Below are positions 48,245-58,613 of a stretch of 64,000 nucleotides of DNA, one piece after another. Each line of letters opens with the position of its first letter. The stretch's first letter is position 1. The notes beneath the pieces were generated by a model. It did not search any database and had not been told where the DNA came from. It worked only from the letters and a program-made list of their open reading frames with translations. Origin of the DNA: Myxococcota bacterium. Its GTDB lineage: Bacteria > Myxococcota_A > UBA9160 > JAFDDA01. Both the position numbers and the translations under genes were made by a program. The stretch lies in NCBI GenBank assembly GCA_965228475.1, contig OZ245817.1, positions 4,352,001 to 4,416,000 of the forward strand, read 5' to 3'.

Positions 48245-49795
48245 CTAGGCCGGGAGCGGGATGCGGATGCGGAACTCCGTCCCGCCGCCCTCGCGCTCTT
48301 CCGCCACGACGTCACCGCCAACGTTCTCCACCTGCGCTCGCACGATCGCGAGCCCGAGGCCCGTGTGGCGGTCGCGCGGGGCCGAGCCGGGCCGGTAGCT
48401 GAAGAAGCGGTCGAAGATGCGCTCGCGGTGTTCGCGCGGGATCCCGGGGCCGCGGTCGAGGACGCGCACGACGGCGAAGTCCTCTTCGCGCGAGAGCTCG
48501 ACCCGGATCCCGGCGTCGGGCGGCGAGAACCCGGCGGCGTTGTCGATGACGTTCTCGATGGCGCGCGCGATTCCGTCCGCCGGCACCGAGACCTCGACGG
48601 GCTCCTCGGGATGGACGACCTCGATGCGCCGCTCGCCGCGCGTCCGGAAGGACTCCGCCAGCCCGTCGAGGAGCGCGGCGAGATCCACGGCTTCGGGCGC
48701 TTCGGGCCAGGCGCCCGCGTCGAGACGGGAGACCTCCTGCACGCCGGCCAGCAGGAGCTCCATGCGTGCGATCTCGCGCTGGATCATCTCGAGGAAGCGC
48801 TTGCGCTCCCCGGCGTCGTCGACCTCGGCGAGCATCTCGCTCGCGGCGCGGATGGAACCGAGCGGGTTGCGCAGCTCGTGGGAGACGTCCGAGGCGAAGG
48901 ATTCGACCCAGCCGATGTGGGCGTCGAGCCTTCGCGTGAGTGCTTCGAGCGCGCGGCCGAGGTCGCCGATCTCGTCGCGCCGGTTCGAGGCGTGGAGCGG
49001 CCCGCGCAGGCGGCCGCGCGCATCGAGCAGCGAGTCGGCCTGGTTGCGCAACCGGACGAGCGGGCGCGCGATGGTCGTCGAGACGACGAGCGAGAGCACG
49101 ACCGCGGCGACCAGAGAGGCGAGGAACACGCGCAGCACGTCCATGCGGAGCTGATAGAGCTTCTGGAGGATCCGGTAGGTCGATTGCGAAACCAGCACGA
49201 CGCCGGTCACGTCGTCGCCGCGGCGGATCGGCAGCGCGCTGTAGAGCGTGACCGAGCGCTGGCCGCCCGAGGAGATGCGCGTCGCGGCGCCGTAGTTCCC
49301 GTTCAGGGCCGCGCGGATCTCGCGGCCCTCGAGCGGGCCGCCGCCGGTGTAGGCGTCGGCGCTCGCGTGGGGCGCTTCCGGGGGCAACAGGTACTCGCGC
49401 CACAGGCGGAACGGCAGGGCCCCCAGGCGATAGAGCAGCCCGTCCCGCGGCCCGGGAGGCCGGTTCAGGATCGGGTCGTCCGGGCGCAGCGCGCCGAGCT
49501 GGCTCGAGTCCACGAGCAGCCGCCCGGCGGCGTCGAGCACGCGCAGGCGCGCTTCAGATTCCTGGTCGAGGGCGACGAGCGTCCGACGCGCGTCCTGCTC
49601 CCCGAGCGGCGAACGGCCGGAGAGCGCTGCGGCGAGCAGACGGCCCTGGTGCACCATCGCCCGCTCCTGATCGCGCAGGAGCTGCTGCTCGTAGGTATCG
49701 AGGAAGAGGACGCCGGCCGCGGGCAGGAACACGAGCAGGACGTTGAAGGCGAGCAGGCGCACCTGGATGCGCGCCAGGGCCTTGCGCAGCCTCAC
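48245..49795 (-). CDS. HAMP sensor histidine kinase (PdsS/ChvG-like)
   Basis: RRDEIGDL, DVSHELRNPL, DRGPGIP and TGLGLAIV motifs. Confidence 0.9.
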   Translation of the reverse strand: MRLRKALARIQVRLLAFNVLLVFLPAAGVLFLDTYEQQLLRDQERAMVHQGRLLAAALSGRSPLGEQDARRTLVALDQESEARLRVLDAAGRLLVDSSQLGALRPDDPILNRPPGPRDGLLYRLGALPFRLWREYLLPPEAPHASADAYTGGGPLEGREIRAALNGNYGAATRISSGGQRSVTLYSALPIRRGDDVTGVVLVSQSTYRILQKLYQLRMDVLRVFLASLVAAVVLSLVVSTTIARPLVRLRNQADSLLDARGRLRGPLHASNRRDEIGDLGRALEALTRRLDAHIGWVESFASDVSHELRNPLGSIRAASEMLAEVDDAGERKRFLEMIQREIARMELLLAGVQEVSRLDAGAWPEAPEAVDLAALLDGLAESFRTRGERRIEVVHPEEPVEVSVPADGIARAIENVIDNAAGFSPPDAGIRVELSREEDFAVVRVLDRGPGIPREHRERIFDRFFSYRPGSAPRDRHTGLGLAIVRAQVENVGGDVVAEEREGGGTEFRIRIPLPA

Positions 49796-50532
49796 GAAGC
49801 CGGGGCCTCCCGGCCCGCTCGACGGTAGCGGTAGCCGAGCCCGTGGACGGTCTCGACGCAGGCGAAGCCCTCGGTCACGGTCTCGAACTTCCGCCGGATG
49901 CGCTTGATGTGGCTATCGATGGTGCGCTCGCTCACGAAGGCGTCGTGCGGGTAGCCCTCTTCCATGAGCTGGCGGCGCGTCTTCACCTGGCCGGGGCGCC
50001 GCGCCAGCGCCGCGAGGATCAGGAACTCGGTGACGGTGAGGGCGACCTCCTGGCCGTCCCAGCGGGCGGTGTAGCCGTCGAGGTCGAGCACCAGTTCGTC
50101 CACTTCGACGGCGGTGCCGTCGGCGGCGGGCTCGGCGCCACGCAGCAGCGCGAGGCGGCGGAAGAGCACCTTCACGCGCGCCGTGAGCTCGCGCATCGAG
50201 AACGGCTTGCACAGGTAGTCGTCGGCCCCGAGTTCGAGGCCGAGGATGCGGTCGAGCTCCTCGTCCTTCGAGGTCAGGAAGATGATGGGCATCGTCTCCG
50301 AGAGCGTGCGGAGCTTGCGGCAGAGTTCGAGGCCGTCCATGCGGGGCATCAGGATGTCGAGCACGGCCACGTCCGGGAGGGCGCCGTTCGAGAAGCTCTC
50401 CCACGCGGCGGCGCCGTCCGCATGGCTCTCCACGACGTAGCCTTCGCGATCGAGGGCGAAGCCCACGCTCTCGCGAATGCTCTGCTCGTCGTCGACCACC
50501 GCGACGCGTCCGAGGGCGGGTTCCTTGGCCAT
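49792..50532 (-). CDS. OmpR-family response regulator (PdsR/ChvI-like)
   Basis: VVDDE, LTVTEF and RTIDSHIKRIRRKF motifs. Confidence 0.92.
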   Translation of the reverse strand: MAKEPALGRVAVVDDEQSIRESVGFALDREGYVVESHADGAAAWESFSNGALPDVAVLDILMPRMDGLELCRKLRTLSETMPIIFLTSKDEELDRILGLELGADDYLCKPFSMRELTARVKVLFRRLALLRGAEPAADGTAVEVDELVLDLDGYTARWDGQEVALTVTEFLILAALARRPGQVKTRRQLMEEGYPHDAFVSERTIDSHIKRIRRKFETVTEGFACVETVHGLGYRYRRAGREAPAS

Positions 50533-50736
50533 GCCGCGAGGCTACCGCCTCCCCGTCCGTGCGGGAAGCGGGCCGCCGGCGCGTGCGGTGGATTGCCCCA
50601 GACTCGCCACATCTTTCCCCGTCATCGCCCCGGGAGGCGGCCGCCCCTGCCCTCTCCTGCTGCTTTCCTGCAGCCGTGCCGCGCTCGGTCGCCGACCACG
50701 GAGCCGCGGATGAGAGGCAACAGGGAAGGAGCGGGC

Positions 50737-52833
50737 ATGACGTCGTGGCGGGAGAAGGCCGGGGGATGCGGGGGTCGCGGGTGTTCGGGGTGCGGGGGCC
50801 CCCGGCGCTGGCGGCGGACCGTCGAGGCCTTCCTGCTCGTGGCGATGGCATCGCTCGCTCCTTCCCGAACGCTCCTGGCCCAGACGGTGCCGGACGCCAC
50901 CTCCGCCGAAACGCCGCCGGGAGGTCACCTGCTGCTGCGCGCGGCGGATGGCAGCGAGAGCGTCGCGCCGGTGCTCGAGGTCGACGTCGTCCTGCGCGTC
51001 GCGGGCATGGTGGCCCGGGGGAGCGTTTCGCAACGCTTCGCGAACCCGAGCGATCGCTGGCTCGAGGCGCTCTACGTCTTCCCGCTCCCCGAGCATGCGG
51101 CGGTCGACGGCCTGCGCATGCAGATCGGCGAGCGGCGCATCGAAGGGGAGATCCGCGAGCGCGAACAGGCGCGGCGCGTCTACGAGGCGGCGCGGGCGAA
51201 CGGGCAGCGCGCTTCGCTGCTCGAGCAGCACCGGCCGAACGCCTTCACCTCGCGGGTGGCGAACATCCCGCCCCGCTCCGAGATCCGCGTCGAGATCGAT
51301 TTCCAGCAGTCCGTCGCGTACCGCGACGGGGAGTTCGACCTGCGGCTCCCCTGGATCGTGGCCCCTCGCTACTTCCCGCCGGGAGCGACGAGCGGCGAAG
51401 CGGTTGCGGACGACGCGGCGATGCTCTCCCGTGAGGCCGCGGCGGCGGCGGCGGCGGAGGGCGTGGCGCCCGACGTCGCGCTCGCGATCGATCTCGACCC
51501 CGGCGTCGCCCTCGACGCGATCGAGAGCCCGACCCACGCGCTGCGCTTCGAACACCTCGATGCCAACCGCCTGCTCGTCACCCTCGAGGACGACACCGTA
51601 CCCGCGGACCGCGACTTCGTGCTCCGCTGGCGCCCGACGCCGGGCCGCCAGCCGATGGCGAGCCTCTTTCGCGAGGAGCGCGACGGGGAGCACTACCTGC
51701 TGCTCATGCTACTCCCCCCGGCCGCGTCTGAAGCGGAGGGCCCACCCGCGCGTGCGCCGGAAGCGCGGGAGATCGTCTTCGTGATCGACACCTCGGGCTC
51801 CATGGGCGGCGCCTCGATCGTGCAGGCGCGCGCGGCGCTCCGCCTCGCGATCGAACGCCTCGAACCCCGCGACCGCTTCAACCTCATCGCGTTCGCTTCC
51901 GAAACCCGAACGCTCTTCCCGAAGTCGACCCACGCCGACCCGGGCGCCGTCGAGAGGGCTCTCGACTTCGTCGACGGCCTCGAAGCGGGCGGGGGAACCG
52001 ACATGCTCCCGGCCCTGCTTGCCGCCCTGCGCGACGAACGCGGCGGGGACGGCCTGCGCCAGATCGTCTTCGTGACCGACGGCTGCGTCGGCAACGAGGC
52101 GCAGCTCTTCTCGGCGGTCCGCGCGGGGCTCGGACGCTCGCGCCTGTTCACCGTCGGCATCGGGAGCGCACCGAACGGACACTTCATGGACGGGGCGGCG
52201 CGCTTCGGGCGCGGCGCACGGGTCTCGATCGCTTCTCCGGAGGAGGTCGGAACGAGGATGGAAGCGCTCTTCGCGAAGCTCGAGCGGCCGGCGCTGACGG
52301 AGCTCGAGATCGCGTGGCCGGACCGCACCGAGAGCTGGCCCGCGCGGCTGCCCGACCTCTACTTCGGCGAGCCGCTCGTCGTCACCGCACGCGTCTCGCG
52401 TTTCCTCGGCGACGTCCGGGTCTCCGGGATTCTCGGCGGCCGGCCGTGGGAAGCGGCGCTCCCCTTCACCCCGGGCCGCAGCGAACTCGGCATCGAGAAG
52501 CTCTTCGGGCGGCGCAAGATCGCAGCCCGCATGGATGGGCTCATCACCGGCGATTCGGAGGAACACGTGAAGCGTGACGTCCTGGAAACCGCCCTCGAAC
52601 ACGGCCTCGTCTCCCGGTACACGAGCCTCGTGGCGGTCGAGCGAACGCCCGCGAGGCCGCTCGGCGAAGGGCTCGCCGAGGGCCGGGTCGCACCGGGGAC
52701 GCCGGCCGGCTTCGTACTTCCCCAGGGCGCGACGCCCGCACCGCTCTGGCTCGCCTGGGCGCTGACCTCTGGCCTCGCCGGAGTCGGCTTCGCCCTGCGA
52801 GCGCGCTGGACGGCGCAACGAGAACGGCCGTGA
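50737..52833 (+). CDS. Proteobacterial sortase target protein (VIT + vWA domains)
   Basis: YVFPLPEHAAVD, IDTSGSMGG MIDAS and VFVTDG; C-terminal LPQGA followed by a TM helix and basic tail. Confidence 0.9.
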   Translation: MTSWREKAGGCGGRGCSGCGGPRRWRRTVEAFLLVAMASLAPSRTLLAQTVPDATSAETPPGGHLLLRAADGSESVAPVLEVDVVLRVAGMVARGSVSQRFANPSDRWLEALYVFPLPEHAAVDGLRMQIGERRIEGEIREREQARRVYEAARANGQRASLLEQHRPNAFTSRVANIPPRSEIRVEIDFQQSVAYRDGEFDLRLPWIVAPRYFPPGATSGEAVADDAAMLSREAAAAAAAEGVAPDVALAIDLDPGVALDAIESPTHALRFEHLDANRLLVTLEDDTVPADRDFVLRWRPTPGRQPMASLFREERDGEHYLLLMLLPPAASEAEGPPARAPEAREIVFVIDTSGSMGGASIVQARAALRLAIERLEPRDRFNLIAFASETRTLFPKSTHADPGAVERALDFVDGLEAGGGTDMLPALLAALRDERGGDGLRQIVFVTDGCVGNEAQLFSAVRAGLGRSRLFTVGIGSAPNGHFMDGAARFGRGARVSIASPEEVGTRMEALFAKLERPALTELEIAWPDRTESWPARLPDLYFGEPLVVTARVSRFLGDVRVSGILGGRPWEAALPFTPGRSELGIEKLFGRRKIAARMDGLITGDSEEHVKRDVLETALEHGLVSRYTSLVAVERTPARPLGEGLAEGRVAPGTPAGFVLPQGATPAPLWLAWALTSGLAGVGFALRARWTAQRERP

Positions 52834-53423
52834 CGGCGCGTGCCGCGGCGGCAGCGTGCGGACTGTTCGCGGCGGTCTGCGCAGCGAACGCGCTGTGGCT
52901 TCCGGCGAAAGCCGCGCTCGCCCAGGTGCTCCTCGACGCGGCGTACCAGCGGACCCTCCTCGCCGGGAACGCCGCGCGCCCGTGGCCGTGGTCCGATGCC
53001 TGGCCGGTCGCGCGCATCGAAGCGCCGGAGCGTGGGCAGCGCTTCGTCGTCCTCTCCGATGCCTCGGGGCGCTCGCTCGCCTTTGCGCCCGGCCACCTTT
53101 CGGGAACGGCCCTTCCGGGAGGTGCCGGCACGAGCATCGTCGCCGGGCACCGCGACACGCACTTCGCGTTCCTGCGCGAGCTCGTCGCGGGGGATCTGGT
53201 GACGGTCGAAGACGCACGCGGCGGGCACCATCGCTTCCGGGTGCGGGAGACCGCCGTGGTGCACGAACGCGACGCGCGCGTCGCGGGCGTGGGCGTCGCG
53301 GACCGGCTCGTGCTCGTGACCTGCTGGCCCTTCGACGCCGTGCGCCCCGGAACGAAGTGGCGCTACGTCGTGATCGCCGAGCGGGAGGACGCCGCGCCCG
53401 CGATCCCCTCGCGGCGCGTCTAG
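52830..53423 (+). CDS. Class GN (proteobacterial) sortase
   Basis: AKAALAQVLL, PWPWSD, AGHRDTHF and LVTCWPF motifs. Confidence 0.93.
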   Translation: MTARAAAAACGLFAAVCAANALWLPAKAALAQVLLDAAYQRTLLAGNAARPWPWSDAWPVARIEAPERGQRFVVLSDASGRSLAFAPGHLSGTALPGGAGTSIVAGHRDTHFAFLRELVAGDLVTVEDARGGHHRFRVRETAVVHERDARVAGVGVADRLVLVTCWPFDAVRPGTKWRYVVIAEREDAAPAIPSRRV

Positions 53424-53438
53424 CTGCAGCCCTCCCGG

Positions 53439-54218
53439 CTACTCGCGCGTCATGCGGGCCAGCAGTTCGCCGAGCCGGCGCGGCACTTCGTTCAGCATCC
53501 CGAGGGAAGCGGTCGCGCGCGGCAGGCGGACGTGGCGCCGGTCGTTCTTCACGGCATCGATGATCGCGTCCACGACCTGCGACACCGGCATCTGGACCTC
53601 CTTCGCGCCCTTGCCGCCGCGGAGCTTCGCGTAGGGGCCGTAAGCCTGGGTGGCGTCGTCCATCTCCGTTGCCGCGCTCCCGATCTCGACCAGCGTCGTG
53701 CCGATGCCGCGCCCCGAGAGGTCGACACGCAGCCCGGCCGTGTAGTGGGACAGGCCGGCCTTGCTCGCGCCGTAGTAGACGAGCCCGGGGGGCGCTAGGA
53801 TCGCCGCGATCGAGGACATGTTCACCACGTGGCCGCCGCCCCGCTCGAGCCAGCGCGGAATGAGCTTCGCCGTGATCTGCATCGGCGCGAGCAGGTTCGT
53901 CTGGACGATCTGCTCGATCTCTTCGGGCGAGTTGTCGAGCATGTGCTTCACGTGGGAGACGCCGGCGTTGTTCACGAGCACGTCGATCGGCCCGGCCTCG
54001 CTCTCGACGCGATCGACGAGGCCGAGCACCTGCTCGCGGTCCATCAGATCGCAGACGTGCGCGGTGCCCCCGTGCTGGCCGACGAGCTCCTCGAGCGGTT
54101 CGGCTTTCCGCGCGGAGAGCGCGAGGACGCACCCCTCGCGTGCGAAGGCCTCGACCATCCCGCGCCCGAGCCCGCGCGAGGCCCCGGTGATGAGTACGCG
54201 CTTGCCTCGAAGATCCAC
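53439..54218 (-). CDS. Short-chain dehydrogenase/reductase
   Basis: TGASRGLG, NNAG and YGASK motifs. Confidence 0.92.
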   Translation of the reverse strand: MDLRGKRVLITGASRGLGRGMVEAFAREGCVLALSARKAEPLEELVGQHGGTAHVCDLMDREQVLGLVDRVESEAGPIDVLVNNAGVSHVKHMLDNSPEEIEQIVQTNLLAPMQITAKLIPRWLERGGGHVVNMSSIAAILAPPGLVYYGASKAGLSHYTAGLRVDLSGRGIGTTLVEIGSAATEMDDATQAYGPYAKLRGGKGAKEVQMPVSQVVDAIIDAVKNDRRHVRLPRATASLGMLNEVPRRLGELLARMTRE

Positions 54219-54232
54219 CTTTCGCTCCTCGC

Positions 54233-54820
54233 TCAGGGAACCGCGAAGCCGCGCGCATCCTCGCTCCACGCGGGAGCGTTGCGCACGGCCTCGAGAACCT
54301 CGTCCGAAGTTTCGACGACGGACCACATCTCACGGTGCCGCTCGTCCATGAACCGTTCCTCGACCGCGGATTCGAGCAGGCGGATCGCCGGGTCGTAGAA
54401 GCCGCGCACGTTCACCAGCACGATCGGGTTCGCATAGAGCCCGAGCCGCTTCCAGGTGATCGCCTCGAAGAGCTCCTCGAAGGTTCCGCAGCCCCCGGGC
54501 AGGGCGACGATCGCGTCGGCCCGGTCGATCATCAGCCGCTTGCGTTCGTGGAGATCCGCCACGACGTGCAGGTCCGTCAGGCGGGGGTGGCCCCACTCGA
54601 GGTCGTGCATGAAGCGGGGTAGGACGCCTTCGACCCGGCCGCCGCGCGCCAGGGCGCCGTCCGCGAGCGCGCCCATCGAGCCGACCGCGCCGCCGCCGTA
54701 GACGACGGTCGCACCGGCTTCCGCCAGAAGTTCGCCCAGGCGGCCCGCCGACTCCCGGAACGCCGGGTCGGCCTGCCGGCTCGACGCGCAGTAGACGGTG
54801 ACGGTGGAAGGCGTCGACAT
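54233..54820 (-). CDS. LOG family nucleotide phosphoribohydrolase
   Basis: VYGGG, HERKRLM and PGGCGTFEE motifs. Confidence 0.92.
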   Translation of the reverse strand: MSTPSTVTVYCASSRQADPAFRESAGRLGELLAEAGATVVYGGGAVGSMGALADGALARGGRVEGVLPRFMHDLEWGHPRLTDLHVVADLHERKRLMIDRADAIVALPGGCGTFEELFEAITWKRLGLYANPIVLVNVRGFYDPAIRLLESAVEERFMDERHREMWSVVETSDEVLEAVRNAPAWSEDARGFAVP

Positions 54821-55062
54821 CGCTCGGGTTCCCTGGGCTCGGGGCCTGAAAGACCCCGGGTTCGGGGCTAGAAAGAAGATGGGCCGAGCTTAGCCCGCCC
54901 CGCTGCAGGTGGCGTGCTGCATCGGCGGGTTCGTGGCGGCGAAGTGCGGCGGGCGGTGAATCAAACCGGAACCGGTTGCGTCCGTTCGGGTTGAACGGGA
55001 GTCGACGAAGTGGCCCCGGGACGTCCCGGCCACCCCGCTCCCGCCTTCCGGAAGGAGGATCC

Positions 55063-55563
55063 ATGGTCCCCGCTTCGACCCGCCCCTTCGGGCCCGCCGC
55101 CCGCTGGCCTTCGGCGCTGACGGCCCTCGCGCTGGCCCTCGGTCTCACGGCGTGTGTGGCCTCGGCGCCGCGAAACGTTTCAACCGCCTCGGGGCTCGCC
55201 GAGGAATCGCGCGCCGCGATCGAAGACGGCGTCCGCCTCTACGAGGCGGGCGAGTACGCCATGGCAGCGCGACGCTTCGGCGACGGCGCGAGCATGGCCG
55301 ACCGCATGGGCGACGATGCCCTCGCCTGGCGCTCCGTCGCCGCCGAGTGCACGAGCTGGCTGCTCGCGCGGCTCCTGCGCGAGTTCGACGCCTGCAGCGG
55401 CCGGCTCGAGACCGCCCAGCGCCGCGCCCACGAAACGAGCGGCGGCACGAACGCCCTGATCTCCCTCGGCGCCGTCGCCGGGGGCCGCGGACAGCCCGCC
55501 GTGAACGTCCCCCGGGCCGTGCGCAGCGTCGTGCGCCACCGCCCGCAGCCGGAGGACTTCTGA
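55063..55563 (+). CDS. Predicted lipoprotein, TPR-like
   Basis: AGGAGG ribosome-binding site and LTAC lipobox. Confidence 0.75.
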   Translation: MVPASTRPFGPAARWPSALTALALALGLTACVASAPRNVSTASGLAEESRAAIEDGVRLYEAGEYAMAARRFGDGASMADRMGDDALAWRSVAAECTSWLLARLLREFDACSGRLETAQRRAHETSGGTNALISLGAVAGGRGQPAVNVPRAVRSVVRHRPQPEDF

Positions 55564-55649
55564 TGTCCCCCACGAACCGACTCCGCTCGCCCCGCGCAAC
55601 GCGCCGCTCGCTTCGCACAACGCGCCGTTCGCTTCGCCGAGGAATTCCC

Positions 55650-56594
55650 ATGCTTCACCGCATCTCCCTGCTCGCCGTGTTCGCAGCGGCTCCGCTCGTC
55701 ACCTCCCTCGCCCTGCCCGCCAGCGTCACCGCCGCTGGCCGGGAACGCGCCTCCGAACTCATCCCGGAGCTGATGGGGCGGATCCTCGAATCCCAGGAGC
55801 AGATCCGCGAGCGCGAGGGCGAGTACTCGCCGCTCATCCAGCGCTACAACGAGAAGCTCGTCGCTTCGCGCCAGGCCATCCAGGACGCCGGCTCCGACGA
55901 GGTCGCCGCCGAGGCCCTCGTCGACTACGTCGAGACCTATGCGGCCCGGCTCGAGGTCCAGGAGGAGGGGCTCGACGGGATCCGCTCCTCCCTCGTGCGC
56001 ATGCGCGCCGATGCACGCGAGCTCGTGCGCGTGGCCGAGCGCTCGGGCGCCCGCGGCGAGGAATCGCCGGACGAGCGCAAGCCGTTCTACGAAGACCAGT
56101 TCCAGGGCGTCGCCGCGGGAACCGCCGAGCTCGCCGAGCGACTCGGCCGCGAGGCGGAGATCGCCACCACGGGCTCGGTGCTCCAGGCCGCGTGGGCCGT
56201 GCACGGGGAGATGGCGATCCCCCTGCCGGAGCTCGGACCGGACAGCGCCCTCGCCTTCGCGCGACGGGTGGAGGGGCTCTACGCCCAGTACCAGGCCCGC
56301 GCGAACCAACTGCGGACCGAACGCCGCGCGACGCGCCGGCTGCTCGACCTGCTGATCGAGCGCCAGCTCGGCCAGCGGCTCGACGCCCTGTTCGCCGGCA
56401 ACGAATCCGTCGGCCTCGGCGCGCTGCTCTCCGCCGAGGGCAAGACGGAAGACTGGAACGATCTCGGCCGCGTGGTTTCGCGCGTGGTCGGCATGCCCAA
56501 CTACGACGCCGATGGAGACGGACGCGACGACGCCTACGAGCGCCTCGACTTCTTCGCCCGCGGCGTCCACCGGGACGAGGAGAAGGTGCGATGA
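55650..56594 (+). CDS. Exported coiled-coil protein
   Basis: GAGG plus ATG, signal-like N-terminus and heptad-rich helices; may start at 55563. Confidence 0.75.
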   Translation: MLHRISLLAVFAAAPLVTSLALPASVTAAGRERASELIPELMGRILESQEQIREREGEYSPLIQRYNEKLVASRQAIQDAGSDEVAAEALVDYVETYAARLEVQEEGLDGIRSSLVRMRADARELVRVAERSGARGEESPDERKPFYEDQFQGVAAGTAELAERLGREAEIATTGSVLQAAWAVHGEMAIPLPELGPDSALAFARRVEGLYAQYQARANQLRTERRATRRLLDLLIERQLGQRLDALFAGNESVGLGALLSAEGKTEDWNDLGRVVSRVVGMPNYDADGDGRDDAYERLDFFARGVHRDEEKVR

Positions 56595-57073
56595 AGTCCT
56601 TCCAGACGAAGCTTCGGTTCTCCAAAGCGCGACGCCGTGCGCTCGGCCGCTTCACCGCGGCGGCCATGCTCGCCGGCGCGGGCCTTTTCCTCGCCGCTCC
56701 CGCCCAGGCGGACTCGTGCCGCGAGTGGCGCGTCGAGCACCACGAGTGGAAGAGCGAGGCCGTCCGCCGCTACCTCGACGGCTCGCCGGGCAAGGACCTC
56801 GACAACGCGGTCTTCGAGATGCTCCAGCGCGAGGCCTACCTGACCTCCTGCAACATGCCCGTCCGCCGGGCGCGGCAGGCGTTCGTCGGCTGGCGGCTCG
56901 TCGGGCGCGGCGCGGACGAGTACGGCCGCGCGGTGGTCGAGTCCCTGCTCGAGGAAGCGGGGATGGACCTCACCGTGCGCAACTGGTTCGGTCCGATGCT
57001 CGGTGCTGCCGGCCCGACCGCGAGCCTCGCGGACCCCGCCTACGGCGACCCGACGGGCTCGACCCGGCGCTAG
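56591..57073 (+). CDS. Exported hypothetical protein
   Basis: RRR followed by a hydrophobic stretch and AQA signal; two Cys; ATGA overlap with the previous gene. Confidence 0.7.
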   Translation: MKSFQTKLRFSKARRRALGRFTAAAMLAGAGLFLAAPAQADSCREWRVEHHEWKSEAVRRYLDGSPGKDLDNAVFEMLQREAYLTSCNMPVRRARQAFVGWRLVGRGADEYGRAVVESLLEEAGMDLTVRNWFGPMLGAAGPTASLADPAYGDPTGSTRR

Positions 57074-57076
57074 CCG

Positions 57077-57595
57077 ATGCGCGGGACCTTCGTCGCAGCC
57101 TGTCTCGGCGTGCTCGCCGCGGCGCCGGTCGTCGCACTGGCGGTCGCCGGCGTTTCGCCCGGCGAGCTGCCGGGCGCGAGCGTCCGCGGGCTGCGCAACG
57201 AGGTCGCCTCGGTCGGCTGGGTGCTCGTCCCGCAGCTCGTGCTCGCGGTGGCGATCCTCGGCCTGGCGCTCCAGCAGGCGGTGCGCCGCGCCGCGCGGCT
57301 CGAGCGCCTGACGCCGCCGGGATGGCTCTCGCCGGCGGTCGAGTCGGCCCTGCTGCTCGGCCTGCTCGGCACGATCAGCGGCATGGTGGCCGGCTTCCTC
57401 GGAACGTCGCCGGACGCCCTCGAGCCCGGACCGCTCGTGCACGGGCTCGGCGCCGCACTGCGCAGCACCTTCGTCGGCTTCGCCATCGCCCTGGTCGGCG
57501 TCTGGCTGAAGCAGGACGAACCGAACGTCTCAAGGGAGGGGCCTCCGTTTCCGCCACACCTCTCCCCGAGCGGTCGGCCGGGGAGTCTTCCGTGA
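57077..57595 (+). CDS. Short MotA/TolQ/ExbB proton-channel family protein
   Basis: LLGLLGTISGMVAGF and GLGAALRSTFVG motifs. Confidence 0.8.
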   Translation: MRGTFVAACLGVLAAAPVVALAVAGVSPGELPGASVRGLRNEVASVGWVLVPQLVLAVAILGLALQQAVRRAARLERLTPPGWLSPAVESALLLGLLGTISGMVAGFLGTSPDALEPGPLVHGLGAALRSTFVGFAIALVGVWLKQDEPNVSREGPPFPPHLSPSGRPGSLP

Positions 57596-57987
57596 GCGGA
57601 AGCTCCCCGGTCGGCTACGCGCTCTACTTCATCGACGTCCTCGCATGCCTGCTCTTCTGCATCGTGCTCACGCTGGTGGGCGCGCGTTTCTCGACGGAGA
57701 CGACGGTCCTCGTCGACCTTCCGGATCTCGCGGGCTCCGCCGGCGTCGCCGCGGAACCGGATGCGCTCTCCGTGACGGTCCTCGAAGCGGACGGAACGAC
57801 GCGCTTCTACCTCGAGGACGAGGCCGTGTCCTTCGAAGAGCTGCGCGAACGCCTTCGCTTCGCCGCCCCGGAGACGGTGCGCATCCGCTCCGAAGAAACG
57901 GCCCTCGCCCGGGTGATCGGGCTGGCCCATGAGTCGGGCATCGGCGACGTCGAGCTCGCCTACGAAACGCGCGGAGGATCCCGATGA
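57592..57987 (+). CDS. ExbD/TolR family protein
   Basis: FIDVLACLL with the conserved TM Asp, and VDLP. Confidence 0.8.
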   Translation: MSGSSPVGYALYFIDVLACLLFCIVLTLVGARFSTETTVLVDLPDLAGSAGVAAEPDALSVTVLEADGTTRFYLEDEAVSFEELRERLRFAAPETVRIRSEETALARVIGLAHESGIGDVELAYETRGGSR

Positions 57988-58613
57988 TTCGTTTTCTCAC
58001 GACCCTCGTGATCACACTCGCCCTCGCCGTGGCCGCGGCGGCCTGGTGGACCGGTGCGGACGATCCGGAGCCCGTCGCGATCGAAACGGGTGAGGCGAGC
58101 GCCGCGCTCGAGCCCGGTCTCACGCCGGTGGAACCCGAGGCCGCGCCGTCCGTCCCTGCCCTTCCCGAGTTGGCGAGTCCGGCGAGGACGGTCCCGGACC
58201 CGAAGCCGCCCGAGCCGGCCGCCCGCGAACTCCCGCCGATCCCGCCGATCCCGGCGCCCCACTTCGAGGCGCCTCCCGTGCGGACGCTCGCGGCCATCCC
58301 GGCGCCCGAGTTTGCGCGCCCCGAGCAGGAGCCGCCCCCCGAGGCGGCCGCCGCGCTCCCCGAAGAAACGCCGCCCGTCGAGGAAACGGAGCTTCCGACC
58401 CTTCCGGCCTTCGAGACCCCCGCGCCGGGCGAGCCCACGACCATCGAGGCGATTCTCGCCGCGAACCCGGACCTCGGACCGACCGCCGAGGAAGAGCTCG
58501 AGCAGTGGGAAGAGAGCCAGAAGACGGTCGCCCTGGGGAGCGAGCACGACCGAAGTGCCTCGCGCATCCGCCGGCTGCTCGACGTCTACGAAGGGTTGCG
58601 GGGGCGCCGCTAG
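57984..58613 (+). CDS. Membrane-anchored Pro/Glu-rich protein
   Basis: N-terminal TM helix and Pro-rich linker; coupled by gene overlap. Confidence 0.7.
   Translation: MIRFLTTLVITLALAVAAAAWWTGADDPEPVAIETGEASAALEPGLTPVEPEAAPSVPALPELASPARTVPDPKPPEPAARELPPIPPIPAPHFEAPPVRTLAAIPAPEFARPEQEPPPEAAAALPEETPPVEETELPTLPAFETPAPGEPTTIEAILAANPDLGPTAEEELEQWEESQKTVALGSEHDRSASRIRRLLDVYEGLRGRR

Noticed and set aside
55594..55637. Two-copy ~21-bp tandem repeat (caacgcgccgytcgcttcgc)
   Set aside because: Only two units and no supporting context; likely a local duplication.
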